Position numbers and translations under genes: made by a program | The notes under the pieces: model-generated | The model's input: only the letters and a program-made list of their open reading frames with translations | What the model was told of the DNA's origin: nothing | The model's database searches: none | NCBI RefSeq assembly: GCF_009914755.1 | Contig: NC_060929.1 | Reading direction: 5' to 3' (one strand) | DNA: 64,000 nt | Source of the DNA: the human T2T-CHM13v2.0 reference genome, Homo sapiens | In this document: in pieces, positions 13,650 to 26,905 of the stretch | Layout of the letters: the number at the start of each line of letters is the position of its first letter | Position numbering within the stretch: position 1 is the first letter of the stretch

Positions 13650-14224
13650 TCTCAGAATTATTCCAGTCTCTCCCCATTGCCAATGTGAAAGCCATCTCCA
13701 TATTTTTAAGTGTTTGTTATAGCAGCACTTCATTTCCTGTTGCCAAAAGCTATATGAAAGTCCGATGGCTGCTGTAAAAAATTATCACAGATTGGTGGCT
13801 TAAAAACACAGAAATCTATCCTTTCACATTTCCGGAGGCCAGACTGAAAAATCAAGGTATTGTAGGACTGTATTCTTTCTGGAGTATCTAAGGGAGAATC
13901 CATCTTTTGCCTCTTCTAGCTTCTGGTAGCTACCGGCCTTCCTGGGTTTATTGCCTTATCACTGCAATCTTTGCCTCTATCTTCACATCATTTTCCTTTA
14001 TGTGTGTACCTGTACCAAAATTTCCTCTGTTTCTCTCTTGTTAGACTACACATGATTTCACTTAGGACCCATACTGATAACCCAGAATAAACAACTCAAG
14101 ATTCTTAACTTATCTTTTCCCATTGGGAAGATAATATTAACTCTTCCCATATATGGTAATATTTATAAATTCTGATATTTAGGATGTCAATATACCTTTG
14201 AGGCCACTACCCAGCCTGCCGCCA
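13650..14224 (-). mobile_element. MLT1C-like LTR (13751-14224) with adjacent MLT1-int stub
   Basis: ggtggcttaaaaacacagaaat...gggagaatcc...gcctcttctagcttctggt; preceded by tttgttatagcagcac internal junction. Confidence 0.75.
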
Positions 14225-14739
14225 TGTGAATATGCTCATACAATCGTAAATGAAGACTAACGAATAGAATTTGCATTTTGAAATGAATCTATGATACTTT
14301 TTATGTACTTTTTCTCATATTACAAATAAATTTATGGTCATGAAGTATACTTTTTCAATAGGTTTTAATTGATGTACCAACATTAATGTTTTATTATCAA
14401 TTTCAGGTACAAATGTTTAATTTTTGACTTTATTATGAAATTGAGTCATTTTCTTCTGCACTCTTTTAGGAACTGAAAACACTCATTACCAACTTTTCTG
14501 TCACCTCCAGCAGTAATTCTCTTCTCCTTTCCAAGGTATTGTTACTGCCTAAATGAACTTCCTGTATCTTTTCCATATCTGATGCTATTCTCAATGTAAC
14601 AGTTTGTCACTTCCCAGAGGCACAGTGCAAGCAATTTATTTTCCTTTGAAATGTTCACTCTAAAAGAAGTCAAAACTTGTCACAAGTTGAAGGCAAAGGC
14701 AGAGGATGCTTTAAAAGTGTGAGGTGAGCCAGGGGGCAA

Positions 14740-15018
14740 GATGGTAGCTTAAAAGAGAACAGACTTTGAAGTCAGACAGACCATTAGCTGGGGACCCTTG
14801 GGCACTGCACAGAATTCTCATGAGTTTTAGTTTCCAACACTGTAAAATTGGTGTAATTATCTAGGCAATGCACATGGTTGTTATAAAGATGCTCCCATTC
14901 CACATAAATGTGTTAATATTGCTTATTTAACATTAGGGAGCAGAGGTATATAAATAGCCCAGCACAGGGCCTGGCATGAGAATGCTTTCTTTTTAAAGGT
15001 ACTAGCTATTATTTTATT
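14740..15018 (+). mobile_element. MIR SINE
   Basis: cagactttgaagtcagacagacc...agtttcc...ctgtaaaattgg...cagcacagggcctggca. Confidence 0.65.
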
Positions 15019-15359
15019 AATGCTGAGATAGCATATTCGTTATTGTATCTTCACAGGCTGCAGTAAAGTCTCCCAAATCTCAGGAACTTAGCAAAATAAA
15101 GGTAATCTCTTTTCCATGCTACAAGTCCAGTGTTATTTACTATCAAAAGAAGAAAAAGAAACAGTTTGACTTTTTGTGGTATGGAAGAGGTATTGCAAAC
15201 CATTTCCATGAGAATTTTTTCTTTTAAGTAGAAGAATGAAGATCACGTCTCAAACTGCAGTGCTCTTTGATTTTTCTATAATCATATCCAAGGCAGGTTC
15301 ACCGTGAAGTGTGCCTTAAAGGTATATAGCCTTCCTGTTAATGACATAAAGAAAAGATA

Positions 15360-15555
15360 GAGAGTAAGTGTATGTAGACTCTGGGTCCAGTCTACCTAGG
15401 ATCAAATGTGACACAGGTGCTACAAGCTAGCTTTGACGTAAAAGACCTCCATGAGGAGTCACTTTAGAAAGCTCTGCTTCGGTTGTCTCCACTGGCAACT
15501 GCAGTTGATGACGATAACGGCATCTATCAAGGTTGGTTGCTAGGAATAAAATGTT
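15360..15555 (+). mobile_element. MIR SINE fragment
   Basis: agactctgggtccagtctacctaggatcaaat and a decayed core. Confidence 0.5.
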
Positions 15556-15919
15556 CTAATCCATGCGAGAACACTGAGAACAATGCTTCATATATAATAT
15601 TGCAAAATCCACCCCTAGGGGATTGGAGAATGACAAGTAAATATGTAAAGTAAGATGTTGCTGATCCAGACCCAAGGTAAACAGAAGGCTTCTATCATTT
15701 TCTTCAACATCATTATAAAGAAAGATTACTATTGTGCCTTGGGGCAAGGTAATAATTTGATATGAATCACCAATAAAAGTTGAAAACTTCCCAGAGTTTC
15801 AGAAACCCTGAAAATTTATTACGAGGGCGAATGCCAGTTGAATTGATGCTCTAATTTGTTTTGTTTTTTTTTACTATCAGGTTTTGTGTTATGTATAAAT
15901 CCATTAGTTTATCATAAGT

Positions 15920-16726
15920 CTGCCCTGTTTGAATACAAACCTCATGAAGGCAAGGTTTTTGTCTTGTTTTCTTCTGTGTACCCATTGAGAAATGTAGAAC
16001 TCTCCGCACATAATAATTCAGTCCAGACCTCTGCACTAAGAGATGACCAAATTCTAGCATGGCTTCTAGCAGCATAAATTCCTGTCCCTAGGATGACCCC
16101 AACCTCCCCACTAAAATGCCTGCCTGAGAAATGATCAGCACTGCCAGGAGAATAGATAGACTGCTTGTTATAGCCATAGACTTCTTGTTATGGCCAACAT
16201 AGGAGATAGGCCCCTGACCTCCCTTAGAGCAATTACTAAAAATAGCTTACATTTATGAATACTTTCTCTGTCCCTTTGAGATATGTATGTATCACCTATA
16301 ACTCAGAAGTGTCTTTTTTAAGGACGTGAAAGCCATTCCTTTGAAATGTAATTAATCATCAAGGAGGACGGGCCTCTGCATCCCAGTCTCTGTGGGACAA
16401 TAGAACTCTTTCTTCTATAATAGCCAGCTAGCAGAAAAGCTGGCCTAATTGCGTTTACACTGACCAATCCTTTGTAAATTTTTACTTCCTGGCTCTGCTG
16501 GAGTCCCTACCCACCCGTTCCCTCATTCTTTCTTTAAAATTCCCAGTTACCTGCAAACATCAGAATGAGCACAGCTCTTTCCTCCACTGTTAGTAGTTAG
16601 TGAATAAAATCCGTTTTTACTGATTTAACTAATGTCCGGCTGTGTTTATCTTTGATACCAGCTCCTAGAATATGGTACCAACTCCTGACCTATATATGCT
16701 AATCAATATTTTTGGGTTAATGAATC
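15920..16726 (+). mobile_element. L2 3' end split by an ERV1 LTR
   Basis: ctcatgaaggcaaggtttttgtcttgtt before the LTR; ccagctcctagaa...caatattttt...aatgaat after it. Confidence 0.6.
15986..16657 (+). mobile_element. MER67-like ERV1 solo LTR
   Basis: tgagaa start, gccattcctttgaaatgtaat, cccagtctctgtggga, aataaa; near-TSD ccat/ccag. Confidence 0.75.
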
Positions 16727-16961
16727 AGTAAGTAAAAGAATCTTGTCACTTATTGATCTTTTATAGTAACAACTTTCTCTTAGATGTTCTGCCCAGAACA
16801 ATTTGCTTGGCTTGTTAATTTCCGACAACTTGTTAGGCTGATTCTTGGGAATTCTAACTGTTTATTTTTCTAAAATGAAGGATGGCCACCAATGCCAATT
16901 ACATTTCATGAAGATAGAAAGCCGATATACAGGTAATTCAATTTTGGTTAAATTTGGTTAA

Positions 16962-16999
<38 letters not shown>

Positions 17000-17070
17000 G
17001 TTTATTTGTAAAAATATACATTTAGAAATTTAACCAAATTATATATATATATATATTCATTCTATATATA
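16962..17070. repeat. (TA)n(CA)n microsatellites
   Basis: Seen directly. Confidence 0.9.
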
Positions 17071-17139
17071 CATGCCTGAATTTAATTTGTTTTTCCCCCA
17101 AAAGGAATATAAGTGGAGTAAATTCTGTTTCTCATTCAA

Positions 17140-17275
17140 ATTAGGTTCACGTTGGGTACAATTCACATACAGTAAAATCAACTTATTTTAGGTGTGTACA
17201 GCTTTGAGACAGATATGAGGTTGTATAACCATCCCTGGCAACCACTGACATGATCTTAAAGTCTTGCCTTTTAGT
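17140..17275 (-). mobile_element. Old L1M 3' end fragment with internal deletion
   Basis: aattcacatacagtaaaat...tgtacag...ccctggcaaccactga. Confidence 0.55.
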
Positions 17276-18039
17276 ACGTCACATCAGTGGGCCCAGACAG
17301 TGTAATATATCCATTACATTTTCATTTCAATGCTCTTTTTGAAATTGTGTGTGTGCGTGTGTGTACATATATATATATAGAAAGAGAGAGACAGGGAGAG
17401 AGAAACATATCAGGTGATGAAAATAGACATGTTACAAGTAGCTTTTCTGCTGTGATATTATCTTTTTGCATGTGTAGTCGATCATTTTGCCTTTGCTTCC
17501 CTTGACATATCCCCACAAATTTTGTGATTTAGCAATCTGGGACTAAAGTATTTAAGGTAGAGTCCTAAGTGTGACAAATCTAATGCATTTTTTTTGTTTT
17601 GTTCTTGACAAACAAAACAAAATAGAAAACCAAAGAAAGGACAACTGTGATCATCTCTCCCTCCCCCACCCCCAAACAAACTCCTTCCTGTGACTCTCTC
17701 TTTCAGTGTAAGCATTCTCCCAGTTCGCAGAAGGGTCTTTGTGACATTCCAACACTGATATTCCTCTCCCTCATTGTCAATCATTTGGCATTTATTAAAT
17801 ATTTGTTTACATATTGTTTCTTTTGAAAATATCTAAAGTTCAAAACAAAGGCTTCTGTTTATTGATTCTTTACACACAATTCACTTACTCTCTGAGACTC
17901 TAGAAATATAATACAATGTATTTTTTGGAATCTGCCCTTTCCTTCTTAGTGAGGTTGCTGTGCAATGCAAGTCAAATGATACAATGGGAAAGAAATCAAA
18001 TTAGGAAGCATTATGCAATGATCAGGTGTCATTTTTATC

Positions 18040-18400
18040 TGCCACTGTTCTAACTCACCCTTGGTCTACCGAAAGTTCCTGACAGGTTAATTCCTCTAAT
18101 CTTCTCATGCTCCAAATTCATTCCCTGTCCAGCTCTTAGTTTTATCTTTTTAAAACACAGTTCTAATCCTATTATTGCCCTGCTAAAAAGTTCTTGATGG
18201 ATTCTCACCACTGACCTCACTAAACCCAGATTTCTTACCCTGCTGCTTAAAACCTACTGCAAGAGCATCCTAAAAAAATGTTCTTTGTTTTATCTTTCTA
18301 TAACTTCCCTACAAACCCTTATGCCCTCATTACATTACATTTTGTGCTCTTGCCAGAACAGGCCCAAATTCACTTTTGCCTCACTTAGAAGGTCCTGACA
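18040..18400 (+). mobile_element. L2 fragment
   Basis: ttatcttttt-aaaacacagttctaatc...ccctgctaaaaagttcttgatgg resembles the L2 3' region. Confidence 0.5.
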
Positions 18401-19854
18401 CATTTGCAGTGCAAAGTAAATATTAATTCCCTTTAGTTAATCAGGAAAATAAGTAGGCAGTATCAAATCCACAATTTTGAGACATTTTAGTGTTAAGAAA
18501 ATAGTTAAATAATAATTATATAATACTACTTTTATTATCTTTATTTAGATAGTATCAAGTACATTAAGTCAGAGTAAAGTTAATTTTATTGTTTCCTGTA
18601 CGCCAGTAATTAGTTCAGCAAATGGTTATTGTAACACAATCAATAGTTACAGTATTATAAATGCCATTATTTAATAAGGTAAATATAAATTTTTAATTAT
18701 AAATTGAAAAACAATTCTCTGTGATGACGAATGTTTTAAAATTAATTTAAAATTTAAAGGAAGATTTGAAATTAGGCAAATCATGGAAATATTTTGTAAC
18801 AGGTAAAAGATGAAGCCTGAATCATAAAATCCAGTTAAAGCAATAATGCTACAGAATTTGGTACAAAATATTCCTCTACAGTGATAACTTAAAAATGATT
18901 AAATGTAATGAATCTCTTTTTTATCTCATATGCACACTAGTGCATACATGAAAAGCACTTACACAAAAAGTTTTCAAACAGTACCAGACAATGTGCTGTG
19001 AGTTCATGAACTCTACCACAAAGTATTTTGCTAAGTCCTCAAACTATATCTCCTGATAACAGACATTAAAGTGATATGTGTAGTTCTTATATTGAGACCA
19101 GTCTAGTCATTATTCTTAAACTAAAGAACATATAGATGATGAACCAATTATAAATACTTTGAAAGAATAAAAAATGCCTATTTCTAATAAATGAGATATA
19201 ATTTAGGAAGGATTATGCCTTCTCTGATTGCTTCCATAGATCTAGAAAAAATTATACATTCTGATAGGCAAGTGTGTTCATGTGATACAATAAAAGATTC
19301 TTATTCTCAATAATTTTACCCAGCAATTCTGAACATAAATTAAATACAAAGGGGCAAATGTCAATATATGTATAAGGTTAGTGCTTTTTGATTAAGATTT
19401 ATGTTAAATCTCTGTTCATATGTTATTTGTTTTCTCTAAATTAGTTCACTATATGTTTTATTTCTATATCTAATAGATAAGTGATACATACCTATATATG
19501 TTTATATGGATATGAATAATATATGCATATATATGAGTATATATATATTCATACATAATTTCACAGTAGTTGTTGGTACTTTAGTATCTTTGATTTGGTT
19601 AGACTACTAAAGACCAAAGAAACAAATCTAAAACAATGTACAATAAAACATGTCTGCATTTCCCTTTATTACGTCCTCACAGTGTGTTTACTCAGAGACA
19701 GCATGCCAATTCACTAGTCAACAAAACAGATACTTAACGTTGTTAAGTTACACTGATGTCCATGGTGTATCACATAAGCAGTAAAGTGGTGCCTACATTA
19801 TTGTGCCCTTTTAGTTCAATATTTCTGTGTTTAGATAGTTATATAAGGCATTGA

Positions 19855-20085
19855 AGGCTAGTGGTTAAGCTTGCAAAAGCTGGAATCTAATTTTCTAATT
19901 CCGGTATTGGTTCTAATACTTTTTAGATGTATGCTGACAAACAAGAATCTTAAACCTCTCTGCCTCCATTTTCTCATATATAAAATGTAGCTAAAAACAA
20001 TCTCAAAGTATAGTATACAGTTTAAATGAATTAATATTTGTAACATACGTAGATCAGTGACTTAATCATAATAGACATATGGAAT
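19855..20085 (+). mobile_element. MIR SINE
   Basis: tagtggttaag...aacctctctgcctccattttctcatatataaaatg core. Confidence 0.75.
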
Positions 20086-20341
20086 CATTTATAAAATAAA
20101 ATAAAACCGCCAATTTTCTTTCTTGTGGTTTCATAAGAAACAGGGCAAAACTTTCCCCTCATGGCAGCCATACAAGTTTATGGGATTAATATTATTTTTT
20201 ATCACTCTTCTGCTTGTCTTTCCTCTTGGGCCAGAATTTCATTTTCCTAATTGTTTTATTTACCAATAGAATATTTTATACATTTAGAGGTCAAGGCTTG
20301 TCTATATTTATTGTAATATGTAAAAGTTATTCTCACCCTTG

Positions 20342-20409
20342 CTCTGTCTCTCTTTCTCTCTGTGTGTGCATGTGCGTGTGTGTGTGTATGTATGTGAGTG
20401 TGTGTGTGT
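20342..20409. repeat. (TC)n(TG)n imperfect microsatellite
   Basis: Seen directly. Confidence 0.85.
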
Positions 20410-21067
20410 TATTTTTATACCTGAGCATCTCCAGTGTCACTCATTTGGTAGATATTTATTGATACCTTATTCAATATTTGCAATTACTGAAAAAGACATG
20501 GTCCATATAACCCGTGCTTTTAAGAAACTTACATTTTGGACATTTTAAAATATTTGATATGAAGACATAAAACCAAATACCATATCAAAAATTGCTGTAT
20601 CAAATTGATCTTCTCACCATTACTATCTAATGTATTACATTATAGATTATGTTTTTTTAAGTAAGACACAATAATGTAGCATTGCCAATTATTTTCAAAG
20701 TGAATCATATAAAATTAGTATACAATTATTATAACTTCACAGAAAATAAATATAGGTTAATAAAAACAATAGGAGTAACGAATTAAAAATAAAGGGCAGT
20801 ATTTCACAGAAAGGGTTGTAATTTACAAATAGAACTTTAAAAGCAATTTAAAAATAAAATTTTAAGTTTAAAAGTAATAAAACACAGTGTTAATTATGGT
20901 ATTTGATTTATTCATCTACATTGAAATTGTCTTTGTTTTCTACATTTCTAGTTAAAAACGGCATATTAGAACTCCACAATGACAAAGAAAATGGAGATGC
21001 AAATCAGCAAATGAAAGACTTGGGGGAAGAAATACCCTACAAAACACCAAAATTTTCCTTAAGTTGA

Positions 21068-21127
21068 GGAAGGCAGAAAACAGAGAAGGAGGCAGAAAAC
21101 AGAGAAGGAAGTAGAAAACAGAGAAGG
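21068..21127. repeat. 19-20 bp tandem repeat, 3 copies
   Basis: ggaaggcagaaaacagagaa / ggaggcagaaaacagagaa / ggaagtagaaaacagagaa. Confidence 0.9.
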
Positions 21128-21311
21128 CATGTGAAGCTTCAGATTCAGTGAAAGTGCAGGCTTATGTATCAATGACATAATTAATGCAAACAAGAAATCT
21201 AATGTAGTACCATTGAAATGCAAAAAACATAAATACAGGAAAAAAATAACAGCCACATTTTTCATTTGTCCCTAGCATTGAGGCGTTTTGTCCTGCCTGT
21301 TTTCACATAAT

Positions 21312-21313
<2 letters not shown>

Positions 21314-21342
<29 letters not shown>
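21314..21342. repeat. Pure poly(A) tract, 29 nt
   Basis: Seen directly. Confidence 0.95.
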
Positions 21343-21344
<2 letters not shown>

Positions 21345-21529
21345 TACAGTCGAGAAGCACCAAACTTGTATTCAAAACTAACATATCTGAGTTTAGTGCC
21401 TTTTTCTGATTGAATAAACAAGATGCATTAACATGAAATTGAATAAACTAGGTAAAACCAGTTAATAATTGGGAGAACTAAAACACATGAAACTTCAATT
21501 ACTATATTTAGTATATATGAAGAAAGTCA

Positions 21530-21973
<444 letters not shown>

Positions 21974-22059
21974 TTAAAAAAACCCATTGTAAGCATCATC
22001 ATATAATATTAAGGTCATTATCAAGACTGCAGAGACCACCTCTTCCATCACCAGCAATG

Positions 22060-22470
22060 AAAGGATGTGAACCAAAAATTAAGAATAAACATGGCAGCAG
22101 ATGTTTCAATTGAAACACTGGATATTGAAAAACAATGTAATAATGTCTTCAAATTTTTGAAGAATGAATATTTTCCACTAGAATCAATAATCTAGAATAT
22201 TAATTCAATATGAGTGGAATAAAGATATTTGCTTCCATGCACAGCTTCGAGCAACATTGTTCCCAGTGTCTTCTCATGAGAACTGAGTTTGCTCTAGCAA
22301 AATGAGAGAGTAGCTTCAGGAAGAGAAAGATTTTGGAATCAGTGGAGTCAGCCTGAGAAAACCAGTGAGAGAAGCAAGCCACACAGTGTCGTGGATAACC
22401 CTGGCTTTAATGAGCAGATTAACGAGCACAAATTAGAAGAGGATATTATCATCTGGAAAAGAAAGGGTGC
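22060..22470 (+). mobile_element. HAL1 / L1 ORF1-like relic
   Basis: aacactggatattgaaaaacaatgtaataatgtcttcaaatttttga...ggaataaagatattt resembles the HAL1 ORF 3' part. Confidence 0.6.
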
Positions 22471-23734
22471 TTGACAAAAAGAAAAAGCAAGGTAGAGGGA
22501 AACTTAGTAAACAAACCTTACGAGTCATAGATTTAAAAGTGTGAATTATATGAAGGACATTTTTGACAAAAGTATATTAAAAATGTATGCTTATAAAATA
22601 TTTCAAGTGGAATCAAGTTTAGAGAATAAAGGTTGTGTTTAAAGTTAGGCATTTACTGTGTTATATGCTAAGCAGAGGACAATTCTAATATAAGCACATA
22701 AGCAAAACTATTTTTATCACAATAATATTTTGATCTCATGAAATAGGAGGAGGAAATGTAAGTAATGAGAATAATAACTAAAATATAGAGTGTTCACCTT
22801 ACTCTATTTCGGGCTTTCATTACTTCTTAGCATTTGGAGACATTAGAATAATGCAGATAGATTATGACGGTGGTAGAGGAATGATTATTTGTAGTTTTAA
22901 TAAGCTGTGACTGACCTTTAGGACATCAAATGCTATTATTTGTAAACTCTTACGGGCAAAAAACAAAAAAATAAAACATTTCTGGCATCAATGCCATTTT
23001 AAAAAAATGAGACATATTATGCATGCTTCTGGAATACATTACTTACAGAAGAGTCCTGAAGTGGATCACCCCAGTTCTTACAAATATTAGTCTCTAATAA
23101 TGCAAAGTCAAGAATATTCTCATAATGGAATGAAGTGATTTGATGTTTAGTAAAATATTCACATTCACACATATTGAAATTCACAAAGCATATTGAGAAA
23201 CAGGTAGGAATTCAGAGCTCTGTCCTCAAATATTTCTGCTTGTTTCAATACAACATGTTAAGCATATGTCAAATCCACAGTCTAGTGATAACTGTTGCTA
23301 AGCAATGCTCGCTTGGATTTGTTTCCATGTAATCATCTTACTTATTACAATATTCTAGTGCAAATAGAGATTGCTTAGAAGAAATTGTCTCTGTATGACT
23401 AAGGTTCTTAACAAGCACTTTCCTTCTCCCTTTTAAACTTCAAAATCTTTTGTACCTATGCCAGATAAAAAAAAAGGCTCCATCTCTTGGATGTCTTCAT
23501 TATAATTGAATTGAAACTACCTACTAATTTTATTCATCATAACTTCTCTCATCACCTTTTCTTTATCATCATGTTTTGACTAACAAGCACTGAAAAATGA
23601 GGAGTTGAATGAAAAGTAAAAATAAAGGATTATCAGATAATGATCTCAGTCAGAATAAAATAATGACAGCAAAATCAGTTGCATGTCATTACAATTCAAA
23701 CATAGTTATTTGTTGACTTATGTATTAGTTTTAT

Positions 23735-24753
23735 TATTATTATACTTTAAGTTCTGGGATACACGTGCGGAATGTGCAGGTTTGTTACATAGGTATACAT
23801 GTACATTGGTGGTTTGCTGCACCAATCAACCCATCATCTACATTATGTATTTCTCCTAATGCTATCCCTCCCCTAGCTACCCACCCCGTGACAGGCCCCA
23901 TTGTGTGATGTTTCCCTCCCTATGTCCATGTGTTCTCATTGTTCAACTCCCACATATGAGTGAGAACATGCGGTGTTTGGTTTCCTGTTCTTGTGTTAGT
24001 TTGCTGAGAATGATGGTTTCCAGCTTCATCCATGTCCCTGCAAAGGCCATAAACTCATACTATTTTATGGCTCCATAGTATTCCGTGGTGTATATGTGCC
24101 ACATTTGCTTTATACAGTCTATCGCTGATGGGCATTTGGGTTGGTTCCAAGTCTTTGCTATTGTGAACAGTGCTTCAATAAACGTACGTGTGCATATGTC
24201 TTGATATTAGAATTATTTATAATCCTTTGGGTATATACCCAGTAATGGGATTGCTGAGTCAACTGGTATTTCTGGTTCTACATCCTTGAGGATTCACCAC
24301 ACTGTCTTCCATAATGGTTGAACTAATTTACACTCCCACCAACAGTGTAAAAGCATTCCTATTTCTCCAAAAGCAGTGGCAACAAAAGCCGAAATTGACA
24401 AATGGGACCTATTTAAACTAAAGAGCTTCTGCACAGCAAAAGAAGCTATCATTAGAGTGAACAGGCAGCATACAGAACGGGAGAAAATTTTTGCAATCTA
24501 TCCAGCTGACAAAGGGCTAATATCCAGAATCTCCAAGGAACTTAAACAAATTTACAAGAAGAAAACAAACAACCCCATCAAAAGGTGGGCTCAGGATATG
24601 AACAGACACTTCTCAAAAGAAGACATTTATGAGGCCAACAAATATATGACAAAAAGATCATCATCACTGGTCATTAGAGAAATGCAAATCCAAACCACAA
24701 TGAGATACCACCTCACGCCAGTTAGAATGGCGACCACTAAAAAGACAGGAAAC
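23735..24753 (-). mobile_element. L1PA7-like insertion with 5' inversion (about 24367-24753 on +)
   Basis: Antisense 3' UTR, then sense ORF2 ([11 protein letters not shown]...); 19-bp perfect flanking repeat acttatgtattagttttat. Confidence 0.92.
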
Positions 24754-24756
24754 TTA

Positions 24757-25871
24757 TGTATTAGTTTTATACTGCTTAACAATTTGCCACAAACGTAGCA
24801 ACTTAAACAGCATACACTTCTTACCTAGGAATTGTGAGGAGTTAGGAATCCGGGTGGGAATTAAATGGACTGTCTGCTCAGGGTCTTACTGGGCAGAAAT
24901 TAATTTGTTGGTGGAGTGTTTGGTCCCATCAGAGACACTGAGTCTTTTTTCAAGTTTATTTGATGTGTTTGCTGAATTTAGTTCCTTGCAGTTACAGGAA
25001 GAACATTCTATTTTCTTGTAGGATTTTGGTGAAGGTCTGTTCTCAGCTCCTAGAAATTAGCTTCGGATACTAGCCACAAGCCCCTCCTCAAACATAGCAG
25101 CAGCTTGCTTCTTCAAAGCTAACAAGAGAATCTCATTTGCTTCAAATATTTCCATCAAATCTGCTAAATTGGAAGCTCATATAATGTAACCCAATTAAAA
25201 GAGAGAAAATCCATCATATACAAGTGTTCTACCCACACTCAAGTGGAAGGGATTATACAGGGAGTGTGCATCAGGTGCAGGAGTCTTGAAAGTTCTATTA
25301 GTCAGGATTCCCTAGAGGGACAGAACTAATAGGACAGATGTATGTATGAAGGGGAGTTTATTAAGGAGTACTGACTCACACGATCACAAGGTGAAGTCCC
25401 ACAATGGGCCGTCTGCAGGCTGAGGAGCAAGGAAGCCAGTCCAAGTCCCAAAACTTCAAAAGTAGGGAAGCCAACAGTACAGCCTTCATTCTGTGGCCAA
25501 AGGCCCAAGAGGCCCTGGCAAACCACTGGTGTGAAGTCCAAGTGTCCAAAAGCTGAAGAACTTGGAGTCTGATGTTCAAGGGCAGGAAGCAGTCAGTATG
25601 GGATAAGGATGAAGGCTGGAAGACTCAGCAAGTCAGCTCCTTCCACCTTCTTTTGCTTCCTTTATTCTAGCCATGCAGGCAGCTGATTACATGGTGCCCA
25701 CCCAGATTCGGGGTGGGTCTGCCTCTCCCAGTCCACCAACTCAAATATTAATCTCCTTTGGCAACACCCTCACAGACACACCCAGGAACAATACTTTGCA
25801 TCCCTAAATTCAACCAAGTTGACACTCACTGTTAACCATCACAGGAGTCATCTTAGAAGTTTGCCTACCAC
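24757..25871 (-). mobile_element. MLT1E-like MaLR LTR split by MLT2A
   Basis: tgtattagtttt start; ends catcttagaagtttgcctaccaca after the nested LTR. Confidence 0.75.
25294..25843 (-). mobile_element. MLT2A2-like HERV-L solo LTR
   Basis: ctagagggacagaactaatagga...gactcacacgatcacaaggtg...aagttgacactca...ttaaccatcaca. Confidence 0.9.
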
Positions 25872-25945
25872 AATTCAACAAGCATCCCTGAGTATCAACA
25901 AGATTTCAGTAATTAAGAACTGTTTTAATACTCTATTAATTGCTT

Positions 25946-26118
25946 TAGCAATTCTCAAATCTGTTGCCTATTTGAATCAAATGTTAAGCTTCAAAATATA
26001 GCAATTCTTAGGCTCTATTCCAGCCAATCAAATTGGAATTGCTGTTAGTGTGGCCAGATCACAATATTCTTAATGTTTGTCAGGTTATTCTGATATGAAA
26101 GGAGGGTCAAACACTCCT
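25946..26118. mobile_element. MER5-like hAT MITE, decayed
   Basis: ttctcaaa...gaatca...caggttattctgat layout. Confidence 0.45.
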
Positions 26119-26822
26119 TCCTTCAATAGAAAAAGCAGGTGAAGTTCTGTGTCTCATGAGTCTTTGTTTTGCTTCTATTGAATTTCTGCCTATGTGAAAT
26201 TTAAAAGTGCCCTTATCTAAAACAAATAATTAATTTGATAGAAAATTATCACAATGCTCAGTATGTTTTAGAATGAAACATATATTTGTTAGAAAAATAG
26301 CCAAGGAATATTTGGTAGTACAAGCTAATGGAATAAAAAAATGAGAGCAAGAAACAATAAGAAAGAAAGAAAGGGGAAGTATGGGTGTGTGTAACACTGG
26401 GCACATCCGAACTAAGGTAAAAATCAGTGGAATTAAATGACTAATTGCTAGCTTTAACAGACAAGGACGGTAACATTTTGAGAGATATAACATATTGTTC
26501 TGATCTCACCAATAAAGGCTGGAGGGGTTTCAAACTAAGTGCTTTCCCGTTGCAAAGCCTATGGGTCATGATGCTCAAAACAAGCCCTTTCTTAACCCCA
26601 CATTACATGGGAAATTATTTTCTGGAGTTCCACAACACTTATATATGGTTTGATCTTTACGGCCTTATTTCTATCCATAGAAGAAATTTTATGGGGGAAA
26701 AAGAACTAATTTTATTTTTCTGCTTTTGACTTTATAGTATTAATGAAATTATATGTTTAGAGTGTGGATGTAAAACAGTCTGAGTTCATGAAAGGAAAGC
26801 AGAAGACATAAATTTTTAATAC

Positions 26823-26905
26823 TTCAGAAAATACAGAATTTTATATTTTCAGAAAATATTACTTTTTATGTTTCAGAAAACACAGCATTTTATATTTCAG
26901 AACAT
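26823..26905. repeat. About 24-bp imperfect tandem repeat, 3.5 copies
   Basis: ttcagaaaatacagaattttatatt / ttcagaaaatattactttttatgt / ttcagaaaacacagcattttatat / ttcagaac. Confidence 0.8.

Noticed and set aside
16951-17040. 13-bp inverted repeat (aatttggttaaat / atttaaccaaatt) around a microsatellite
   Set aside because: Short and AT-rich with no TSD or element body; plausibly chance or a local template switch.
24376-24798. 140-aa ORF
   Set aside because: L1 ORF2 piece in the inverted segment, running into LTR sequence.
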